Assembly (NCBI GenBank): GCA_036172245.1
Contig: JAYWIR010000031.1
Coordinates: forward strand, 124,001-188,000
Origin: Raillietiella orientalis
Taxonomy: Eukaryota
Length of the DNA stretch: 64,000 nucleotides
Direction: 5' to 3'
Part shown: positions 42,862-53,950 of the stretch, piece by piece
How the letters are laid out: every line of letters begins with the position of its first letter
Numbering within the stretch: position 1 is the stretch's first letter
Translations under genes and position numbers: made by a program
The notes under the pieces: model-generated
What the model saw: only the letters and a program-made list of their open reading frames with translations
Told to the model about the DNA's origin: nothing
Databases searched by the model: none

Positions 42862-45800
42862 ATGATTATGTTAACAGTCACGTATTTGTGTGAAAAATTA
42901 GTTGCATCAGTAGAATGCATAATGGATCCTTCTAGTGAGTCAAAGAAACGCGCAGACGCATATGAGTTTTCCGAAAAGTTCAAGGTATTTATTTACAAGA
43001 TTTCATTAGATAATAAGTGGATTTTGCTTAAACAAACTGCATCAATTCTGACAGCATGAGTCATTATGAATTTAGGTAGAATCGCAAACCAAATTTTTAT
43101 ACCAGTTTTCTTTTGAGAGTTGTAAATTCTCATAAACGGCTTGTTAGTTTCTCAGTTTGCTAATCGTCATTCTTAATGGTAATTTGGTTTAAAAAGAAAT
43201 AGAACTGATAGAATACAGGTATCCACTTTGAAAGATTGCAGCAGTTGTATTGTCGCAACCGAACCAAGTAACGACGAACTTGTAGATGAAGATTTTTGTC
43301 TGAGCGAAACCCATCCACGCATGTTACCAAGAAATTGCAGAAATTAGTGTTTTAATTGTTATTGGTCACTTTGGATTGCAGACTAGCCAAGATTTAGTTG
43401 GGAGTTAAAGAGTTATTGGACAAGAAAAGCAAAAAAAAACAGAATTTGATATACCAGCAGTTAATGTGTATATATACTCCCTATTGTTTTGCAAGAATTT
43501 AAAGTTTAGCTTTCTGTTCAGGAGACAATAGACTATTGAATACTTATTTATGTTTTTATTCTGTGTTTTTATGTCTTCTATTCATTCATATGTTCTATTC
43601 TCTGGATCTCTTGAAAATATCAAAGTGTCAGTGACTTGTTTTCTTTCTTGATGATCATGAGATTGTGACATGATGCTTTCTGCATGTGGTTTATCTTGAA
43701 ATTCTTGTAAGATTACGTATTTGCAACAAACATTCAACATGTGCTTTTGGAATTGAGTGGTTTTCAGTGGTCTGTTACAACAGTATCAGGGAATACAATA
43801 GTTCATAAAAGCTGAACATAATCGTCTGCATTCAGTGTATTTTTCATGGTTGATATAGTATCATTTTTATTTAAAGGCATGTGAGTAAAGTCTGTCTTCA
43901 AAACTATCTCAAGTTTTTATTTGAAATTAACAATTCATTTCAGTCTAGATTTTATTTTCAAGATTATCATTCTCAGAATTGTAGTGCTAGTGAGCAAACT
44001 AGCAGAGTGGTTACAGGGAACAAAATACACGTACATATCAATACTTCCTATTTTTCATGCAATAGTGAAGTACTATGCAATATTTCATTGTTGCATGAAA
44101 ATTGAAATGTGTGTAAAATTGAAACTTTTCAGAAGAGTACTGTGAATAGGAACCAAAGTTTGGATTTTGTTCTTTAAGGTTGAGACATTTCATTTGTTGC
44201 AACAGTCCACCTAGTAAGAATTGCATTTTCTAATACTGTGAAAATTTTAGTGGTATTTATTTCAGTATATTGATGAAAGTCAGTATTTTGGCTTATAACC
44301 ATATTTTGATGCTTTGTTCCATCAAACAAATAGTTCTGCTTCATATTCAGATATCTGATGAACTACTTGGTTTTCTGTTTATTATGTGTATATACAAATA
44401 GTTTCCATGCATATGTCTTGTCATAAGATTGTGATTAAGTGTCTAGTTGTGATTAATAAATCAGTGGCATTGTAGTGTATATGTTATGTTGGACCTTGTC
44501 TTTTGACAGAAATTGGTGTGGAAATAGGCACAAGGTTCTTGAAACATTCTTGCAACCAATGTGCTGTGGGAAGGAATGAAGTGATTTTCACTCATTTAAA
44601 TTATTTGGATTCTATTAGTCTCTCAAAGTAAACACTGCTTGTATTTTATGTTTGAGGATTCACATTTAATACACCAAATTGAAATTTCTTCCTAGTTTAT
44701 GGAGTTCTCGTTTATACTGTTTGTGTAACTTATAGTGTGGCTGCTGAATGCTTACTGCTGTTGAAAGGTAGTTGGGTTTAAATTTGGTAGTCTCCAATCC
44801 AGGATCTAATATGCAAAACAAAATAAGTCATTGAGAGAAAGATTCCAATATGTGTGCTTATTAAGTTTCAGACCTTCTTAAAGGTTCTTGAGCTTATGAA
44901 TAGTAGAAGGAAGCTTTTCCTCCATTTTGGGTATGTCAGCATTAGTAGGAATAGTCTTAGTGATTTTTGCCATTCTTGGAATATCGAAGTTTTATTTTAC
45001 ATAATCATTTAATGTATGAAAATAGGACGTGGAATACTTGGTTTTGTGGATGATTTTGAAAGCTTGTTTCATATAATGAACATATTCAAAAAGAATGATC
45101 ATGCACAATTGGTGGGTATTTTAGGAGATCGCAAAAACATGTTGCAGTAGATTTTCTGTCTCTATATCTTCTGCCTTTAAATCAAGCAAATCAAGGCATT
45201 CATTCCTAAGATGTAATTACTATAAAGTATTATGAATGCAAGCACAGAATTCGGAAAAACTGAAAGTACAAAGTAATGAATAATTTGTATTAATTAGTAA
45301 TTTTTGGAAACATAATCGAAAAGTATAGATCCAAATTTTTTTGTTAAAGTAGTGAAAGATAATCAATCAGTGACCTTTGTGTAAGTCTGAAATATTTCCA
45401 TTGCATCATCACATGATAAAAGAAAATTCTTTCTGACTTAACTTAATTCATTTCTGACTTAACAGGAAACTTAACAAGAAATAAATGTAAATTTATTTGC
45501 ATCAGTATTGAATATGAATAAATATGCAATAATTCTAAACAGCAATCGCCAACTGTGTCAAATTAGAAGAAAATGCTTGTTATAAGGTCATAACATAAAA
45601 ATTGCAATTGATATTTTGAACTGTCATAAAATGCACATTGATATATGAATTGGATGCTATCACAAGTTCAGCACTGTAGATGACAAACCAAGTTTGCTTT
45701 GCTCATAATTTTGGCAATGTATCAGAAATGTGCAATTTTAGTGCTTTTATAAAACATTACTTCCAAATACATATAACCTTGGTATTTACACAAGTAATTG

Positions 45801-48800
45801 GATTTTTGTGATTCTGCAAATTCTTTTTATGATTGAATGTCTCTTATCTTCATCTAGAAGTACATGAACTTCATACTGGATATCATTTCATTTTTCTTAA
45901 TTTTTTTAAGAAGGAAACCCCACTGGTCACGTACTTGGATTGTGGGTTCTTGTTGTGTCAATCTCATCAAAAAGCAGTTGTTCGCCATTTTGGATTACAA
46001 ACTATTCAAGATGCAATTCGAAATCATTGGATGCATTTCAGTCAACAGCAAAGAAATGAGTTAAAGGTTAGTGGAAACAGATAGTGTAGATTGTTATACT
46101 TCTTTGATATGAGAAGAATAGATCATTGGAACTGATACAGATGGATGTTAAGAGTGTTCTGGAAGAAGAAACTTTCATAAAAGATGCCATATCTCGTGTG
46201 GTAGTTGAAGTGATAAAATGGGAATGGCCTAGCAATTGGCCTTCACTGTTTACTGATTTGAGTACTTTGTGCAAACAAGGAGGATTGCAAACAGAACTGG
46301 TTCTGCTAGTGTTTCTTCGACTTGCCGAAGATGTAGCAATATTGCAGGTAGGATGTGCTGGTGGTTACCAGATACATTGATTTGGATAGACTGTGGACAA
46401 TAGCCAGAGACGTAGGAACTTATATATGGCTCTGATTGCTGCTCTTCCAACATTAATTCGATTTTTCGTGGACTTACTCAATACTCATGCTTCGGTTTTT
46501 GAGGCCTCCACAATACACGTTTGTGAAGTGAGACTAAGTAGTGTATTTGTCCACACATCAATTTGTCCTCTAGGTGACTCTTCAGACCCTTCAAACTTTT
46601 ATAGAATGGTCACCAATTAATCACTTGGTTGCCAATGATAATCATTTGGTGAAATCCCTGTGCTGCTGGTTACATCAAAAAGGTCTTCGTCTTTCTTTGG
46701 CTAATTGTTTATTCCAAGTGGTCAGTCGAAAGGGCAAAGTGAATGAAAGAAAGCAGCTTCTTTTTATGTTCCAAGAGGATTTACTATCCCAGTTAGAGCA
46801 AGCTGTCCTATCATGCTCTCATTCCAATGAAGATTCTGCTTATCAGTCATTAAAGAAGCTAGCTCAAATGTTTTCTTTACTTGGAGAACACTTGTGTGTA
46901 GTTTGGCAGAAGGATGAGGACTTTGTTTTACCATCCACACTGCCTGTGTACTTGACAATTATGCTTCAGTTGCTTAGCCACCCAAGTTTAGTGATCAGTT
47001 ACCATGCAGTACTATTCTGGACTAATCTATTGAATAGTTCCAAATTATCACAAATTACATTTTTACAGGAATCTGCATTAGTAGCAATCCTTGAAGCATC
47101 TTACAGCAAGATCTTGCGGGAAGGTCTGTCTACATCTTCTAAGCATGTTAATGTGTATGCAGCTGCTGACTTTGATTCAGATGAAGAATGTTTAGCATTT
47201 TTTCATAAAGCACGTACTGATTTCTGTGCATGTCTTCGTATTGCTTCTTCTTTAGTTCCAGAAAAGTCACTGAGTTATGCAGACCGCATATTACAAGCAG
47301 TGTTAGCTTTGGACCAAGAGAACTCTCAAACCCCAACTACGTACACTTCATCTGTTTATGTCCATTGGGAAGGTTTAGGCCAATATTTAGAGCACACCTT
47401 CCCCAAAATTTTGATGTCATCACCAACAAATTCTATGCTGGATCAGGCCTTCCATTTTCTGGAAACACTTCTTAGTTTTCATACAGCAGATGCATTGATT
47501 CTGTCTGCATTCCTGTCCTGTTTGTCAGCTGTGCTATGCTTGATAAACCTAAGACCACATTGGCTGACACCTGTATTGGACAAAGTATTTGCAGCTGTAG
47601 TCCATGGTGGACCAGCTGGTGTTCAGTTGACTAAAGGCAATCGACATGTGAAAAATGTACGTCGCCATGCATGTTCTTTGCTAGTGAAGGCATGCATCAG
47701 GCACCAGCAACTCATGTTCAGTGCATTTCATTCACTATGTGCTACTGTTCACCAGCTCCTTTTAGATCCAGAGCAACTTTCTTACCTGGAACAAGTGACT
47801 TTGCTGGAAGCTTTGCTTCTTCTCAGTAATGGAATAGCCAATTTTAATGAACAAGCTACATTTATATCTGAAATTCTGGAGCCCTCTAGGGAACAGTTAG
47901 TGAAACTACAATTGGTCTTGCAGTCAGTACCTTCGTTTTTGACATTTGTTGGTCTGGATAAGGATACAAGTGATCCTTGCCAGGAGACTTGCTCCCGAAA
48001 TCGTGCTCAACTCAGTTATTGTGTTGCTCTTCTGCTGGCTGTGATGAAAAGATGTTGCTGGCCTGCTGATCCTGACATTGCAGAACAGGGAGGCTATTTG
48101 TGCAATGGTGTTTTTTGGCATCCAGCAGTGACACATGTCTTGCCTCTGTTTGCACCAATTTTTATGTTGCTGCACACTTTGCATAATTTATGGCTACCAG
48201 AAAGCCTTGCTCGTATGTCTCCAGATTACAGTGCTGTACTGAAACTAACAGAAGGCGAGCGTTCGAGCATCTTGGGCATGTTTAATACTGTAGCTGATAC
48301 TGATCACCTGCGTCAGCATTCGCCCCAAGAAAAAATGCAACTATTCCTTGCCAATTTGCATGAGTCTTGCTATCATTTGTTGGCATCCTGGTGCTCCCAA
48401 CTCAGTGCTAGTTTATATGGAATGGTGGGAATTGTTCCTGCCCTTACATGCCTGTTTTCTACAAGCAATTACGTTCCTGATTATCGTTTTCGCTCTCTAG
48501 TACGGCTGTTCCTGAAGCCTTTTATTACATGTTGTCCACCTTCATATCATGCTTCTGTGTTGATACCTACGCTTTGTGTTGTGCTGCCCCTAGGTGAGTT
48601 TCATTTCAGGCAGATCATATATGTTTCAGTTACATAGTATTCCAGAGATTAGCTAGCCGATGGGAGCAGCTTAACTGTAGTCAAGGCTTTCAAAATGAAA
48701 CTCTGGAAACACAGGTAAAGACATGAGCAGCTGAGCAGGGTTACCCACTAGCATCCTACAGGAAGTCTTACAAGATCACCTCAACAGACTATTAACCAGA

Positions 48801-49611
48801 GAATATTTGGATGTGTTGAAGTGTCTGATGTGTAAACCAGTGAATGTGCAAGAACAAAATCCGGATGCAATGGAAGAAGATACTGATGAAACTGGCATGA
48901 CAGTAGGAGTAGGTGTGTCACTTAGTGATCTGGGCAGCGGTGTATTACATAATGCCAGTTTATATCCTGTGATCATCAGCAGCATTTTTAAGTAAGTCAG
49001 CTGCTGAAAGTGTATGAATTCTGTTTTTTTAGAATCCTGCATTGGCCAGATGCGCAGGCGTCTCTGAAAGCATGTGCTCTAGCCAGTCCAATTGTTTCCT
49101 GGTTATCTGATAATAAAATGCTCACTTCAGAGGAAGCAAGGAGCTTGTTACTGCAAGCACTTATAGGCATTGAGCAGCATGGCCAGCATGAAGCCAACTA
49201 CAGCAGCCTACTTAATCTGGCAATGCATATCTATGAATTGCTTCGACCTAAGCATTCCAATCTTTCTCAGCTTTTGCTCCAGCTTCCAGGTTGCGAAGAA
49301 AGCAATGTACAGCAACTAGATACATGTCTAGCAAAACGCACGCATGGTTGCATGAAGGGAATGCGTGTAGCCAAGGATTTGCTCCGCAACATTGTGCAAC
49401 CAGTAAATCAGTCATGATGATCTTGGTATAGGAATCATTCTTTTTTTTTCAGGTGGTACGTAACAGCATCAGTAATTTGTACTGTGATATCAAACCAACT
49501 TTTGAAGTACCTCCTTTAGTGAAGCCTCCAAAAGAAATTTCGGATTTGTTGTTAAAAGAAAATATGGCACAAGATGTAGGGTTGTGTGCATTATTTGGGG
49601 ACAGTTCTTGA
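42862..49611 (+). CDS. XPO5: Exportin-5 (pre-miRNA/dsRNA nuclear export karyopherin), 9 coding exons, ~1167 aa
   Basis: Exons 42862-42984, 45911-46066, 46117-46347, 46390-46527, 46574-48593, 48638-48714, 48762-48991, 49033-49402, 49453-49611 (3504 nt, frame preserved, GT..AG). Motifs LCEKLV..IMDP, VRHFGLQ, IKDAISRVVVEVIKWEWP, QTELVLLVFLRLAEDV, DFDSDEE, VKNVRRHACSLL, VPDYRFR and HGQHE match XPO5. The exact start codon and a possible further 5' exon are uncertain. Confidence 0.95.
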
Positions 49612-49628
49612 GAGCATGGCATGTGGTC

Positions 49629-49634
49629 AATAAA
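49629..49634 (+). promoter_or_regulatory. AATAAA polyadenylation signal, probably of XPO5
   Basis: Canonical hexamer 17 nt after the XPO5 stop codon. Confidence 0.6.
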
Positions 49635-49650
49635 GCCATTTAAGTCTGAG

Positions 49651-49658
49651 TTTTTTAG
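49651..49658 (+). promoter_or_regulatory. Unpaired 3' splice-acceptor-like site (TTTTTTAG) upstream of the NUDCD2 ATG
   Basis: T-tract plus AG, 19 nt before the ATG. No donor between the XPO5 stop and this site would give an intron of the 40 nt or more seen elsewhere in the window. Confidence 0.5.
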
Positions 49659-49677
49659 GTCTAATACATTGTTGAAC

Positions 49678-50214
49678 ATGAGTGACTCTTTATCACATTT
49701 TGATGAGCAAAGTGGCATAGTACCATGTGCAACGCCATGGGGATTATGGTGGCAAACTGTTGGAGAAGTATGTATAGAGGTGCAGATGCCTGAAAATACA
49801 ACTAGCAAGCAAGTGTCTGTGCAGATCAAGCCAGCACTCATTTCATGCACTATTGCTGGGAATACGATTTTCGAAGTAAGACAGCCAGTGAGTCAGAGTT
49901 CAGATATTCTGTCAGGGAAAGCTAAAAGGGATGGTGTTGGTTGATGAATGTATCTGGACTGTGGAGGATGGCAAAATATTACGTATTGTCCTCAGCAAAG
50001 CTGATTCCCACACAAAAGACCGCATATGGGAAAGTCTCTTGGAAGATGCATATCATCCAGATGCCTGGGTTTTTCATCAGATGAGGAGAAAGTTAGATTT
50101 GGAACGCTATCAAATCGAGGTGACATTGGAAAACTGCACTAGTAATTGACTGTTAGTCAGCATCCTGGTTTTGATTTCAGCAAAGCCCAACTATCAAAGT
50201 GTTATGAAGACTGA
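49678..50214 (+). CDS. NUDCD2: NudC domain-containing protein 2 (CS/p23-domain Hsp90 co-chaperone), 3 exons, 151 aa
   Basis: Exons 49678-49875, 49916-50119, 50161-50214, with introns of 40 and 41 nt. Peptides HFDEQSGIVPCATPWGLWWQT, WTVEDGKILRIVLSK and QMRRKLDLERYQIEHPGFDFS match NUDCD2. Confidence 0.93.
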
Positions 50215-50297
50215 TTATCTGGAGTATGTTGTTTCTTGCAGCATGCGTTGCTTATTTCCTTAGGAATCCTGTCCATGTTGTAATATATTACTGCCAC

Positions 50298-50303
50298 AAT
50301 AAA
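50298..50303 (+). promoter_or_regulatory. AATAAA polyadenylation signal, probably of NUDCD2
   Basis: Canonical hexamer ~84 nt after the NUDCD2 stop. Confidence 0.55.
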
Positions 50304-52699
50304 AACAGGTACAAAAACAGGTATGCATCTAAAACAAGATGGTATGCAGCATGATATTAAACCAAGATCTTTAGTACAACATATCAACATTTTGTTTCAG
50401 ACTTAAAGTTGATTATAGAACTATTAAGCAGCGATGGCTTCATTTTTTGAAAACAGTTTTCATTAAAAACTGTTAAGTGTTTGATCAGTGTCTATCTGCT
50501 GCCACACAGTCCAGTACCTGCCATCGTCCAGCAGTGTTGGATTGTTTAATCAATCACATATGTTCAGTGGAAAGAATAGCTTGTTTTCCCGGAATTCCTA
50601 TGATCTTTTGTAGTTATAAGTAAGGTAATAATAAAATCATGGCTTTAGTTTATTAAGCTAAGTTTATTTGTGTTTTTGTTGAATAGCTGTCAGTAGAAAT
50701 ATGTATAGTCAGTGATTATAACTTAACAATAAAGACTCATATCAGACTTCAGCGATGATGATGATGATGATAACGGGACACAGATTTCGCAACTGCCCTT
50801 ATCCAGCATTATTAATAGAATTATTGGCTGTTTTTTTAATGTCTTGCATTGCATGTGTTGGCAATTAGGTTTCAAACATTTTGTTTGAATAATTATGAGC
50901 ATTTCGCCCCAATACTAGTGTGGGTCAACTTCAGCTTAGGCCGTTCAAGTATTTTACATGATCCCAGTGAAAAATCTATGCGGAATTAATTGAAAACGGG
51001 AGCGCCATTATTTTAGTAAGCACCACTCAATAAGTTCAACCAAGCAACATAAACTTCATCTGTTTCTGATAAAACGTGATTTTGCAAGCCGGCAATAGAG
51101 AATGCTTTGTGAAATAAGCAGAACCTCATGTTGATCGACTACTGTTTTTAGGATGACAACGTCTACAAGAATTGCATACAGCATGTGATTAGCAGATTGG
51201 CCTCCGATTTCTCCATCACGAATTAGTTGATTATCACCTTAATTAAGGAAAGCTCGTTGCTACTGGTGAATAGTATTCTCTGAAAATTTCCTGAGGCATT
51301 TATTCGTCGCACATTTTTTTTTTTTTTTTAATGTTTGATTGGACCTTCACTGTTTTGCCATCATTAATACTCAGACTGCCTGTAGTGGTGTTGACTCTCG
51401 TATTTCTGATGCACTGTTTGCATCAGAACTACGAGAATTTTGCATACGGAAGAGCAGTCAGTATGTTTGTTGGGTCGTATAATGTTTGAATGTGACGCCT
51501 GCCCTCGGCAGTCACATATTGAGGCATGCAGTGTTGAGCTCGTGAAAACATTTAAATGCTTTCAACCGCGTGTTCCGTGTTGAATTTTGTGCTGTGCACT
51601 TTGTAGAAAGCCGTCTCTGTTTGTATGGTTTTTGGATTCAAGCAACTTCATGAAAAAGTAGCTTTAGGCCACTGGTAATTGCCCCGTGTGGACCCACTCT
51701 CGAAACAAAGCAGGGTATGAGTTTGTACCGAATGGGATTTGGTCGTTTGGTAGACTGTCATCCAGACCGTGTTCGATCTTCAGTATAGCACCGATTGATT
51801 TCTCCCCGATATCAACCTGTGGTGCCTTCTCGGTTATTACCACGAAGAATAGTGAGCTTTCATTCCAGCAGTGTAAGTGCTCCAGTTATGAGAGAAGGGG
51901 CAGAACTCCGGGGGGGTAGAAGGCGACTTCCCAGACCTAGGTTTACGTAAGCAGACCTACATTCCATGGGAGGCAGCCCCTCCGCGAATTGTAGGTCTAA
52001 AACTTAACAGGACTGCTCATGTATGGTCTCTGCATGATCGAGAAGCCTTTGGATCTTTGTAACCAGATACCAAAGACCTGTACAAATCAGTTGGGTAAAC
52101 ATTCTCAATCATACTAATACTTATTATTAGTAGGAGTATATTTCGGTACATGATAACAAACAGTACATCTTAAAACAGTGTGGTAACTGTCATAGGTGGT
52201 AGCCGTCACATATATCTTTATAATTTAATATATGGGGAACATGAAGTGTAAAAAAATGAGATTGTGTGAACAAAATCGAACATTTCAAAGTTTAACTGTT
52301 GTTGTTTTTTTATGACCACTTTCAGTGAGCATAACTCCGAGTTTGTCTTTATATTATCTTGTTTCCATTCTCTTGGAATCTTCTACATGTAGAAACAACT
52401 GCAGTATAATGCAGTTTTGTTTTTTGCTCCGTTTAAGCCGATTCTTTGAAGATGATTCTTTGGTTACCTTTCGTTGGTAAGAATGCTACTTTTTTATTAC
52501 TTTTCGTACTTGCTGTTGAGCCCTGACGATGCTGAGTTAGTGAAAAGCCTTTTTTTCAGAAAGATTTTGCTAAGTTTCCTTCATTTAACATGGTATTATA
52601 GAGGTCATTTCCATTTTTCTTTCGGAATTTCATGTCCATCTCTGGGTAACTTCCATCTTTAGGTGCCTTCCCAATAGGTTCCGTTTTTTGAAGGCGACT

Positions 52700-53950
52700 G
52701 CTTGAAAACATTGCACAGTGGTACACGCGTGCACTTTTGATACAGAAACGCGAGCGAATTCCAGATTCCAGGCATTGCTCCCCGCGAGTCGCAGGCACGA
52801 TGGCAAAAATCCCGAAACCCGACTTCCAGCTGCACTCGAGACTCTATGGCGTTTTCCCTGCTCCGGTCGTGCTGATCGCCATGGACGTCCCCGTCCGCTT
52901 CGGTTCACAGAAGTTTCGGTAGAGACTCCCTCGTGTGCCACACAAGCCACCAGCTGGATTCGTGGCCGTGGCGCTCCTTATCCAACACCCGGTTAACGCC
53001 CGGGTTTCCATAACTGAAGCCGGTTTTCGATGCGTATCTCTGGAGGATGCCTATAGCCTTTCCGCGGAACGCAGAGGTGAACGTAGTAGTCGTCCGCTTC
53101 GCTTCTATTCCGAAGCAGGACGTGGGGAGCTCCCTATTGCACGCGAAGACGAGCACGGCCGCATCCCTTGAAAAGCACGGACCACAATGATTTCAAAGGG
53201 GAAAAGGTTATTGCTCCAAGTGAGCTGGTCACGGCGATCTCTCATGCATCCCTGGGATGGATCTATCGTTTCTCGTATCCGGCAGTCAATGGACCCAGAT
53301 GATTCCTGAATTGAAAGTTCCAGAGCATCGAGGCTCTGGAAGGAGCTCCACCTGGAAAATCGTGAGAACGCTTCTTATGCGGAGCCCCGTAAGCATGTTA
53401 CCTGGTCCACTCACAGTCATCCAGTGGTTTCCTGTGGGGGAATCGTAGATACGGACAAACTCAGGGCGCTATGGACCCTTCCCATCCCACTGCACGACTT
53501 GTCCAACGACATCCCTTTATGTCCCCATGTAGACGTCCGGACTGATGTTGTCGCAGATGGGGTGGGAACAGCCGTGGATCTTCCCATAATTCCATCCACG
53601 GCATGCAGACGGCCCCTCCCGCGTTCCCCGATCGGAACTTCCACACTGCAGTGGTTTCTTGTATGGAATTTGGCCAGGATGCGGAAACCGCTGTGATTTC
53701 CCTGAGGCTCTGCGAACGCGCGCAGTTACTCCTCTTAGGCGCTCTTCCCTTCAGCCAGTGAGTTTCAGTTCACTCACCCTCCTCACTCGGAGCTTCATAG
53801 ATTTTGCTTCTTCGATAAACCATTCCGCAACCTCAGCTCCGGTCCTTCGGGCTCGATTTGTTCTCTTGGCCTTTTTTTTGCTCGAGAGGCAGCAGTCTCT
53901 CGAAATCCGACGCTTCTCTATGCCATGCGTTTGTTCGACGAATTCCCCGA
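52700..53950 (-). mobile_element. Degraded non-LTR (probably RLE-clade) retrotransposon remnant
   Basis: Weak ordered remnants: Q.PYKK, SGPGN (PGPDG-like), ADD, ILQRYASKTGFSYGNP. Confidence 0.3.
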
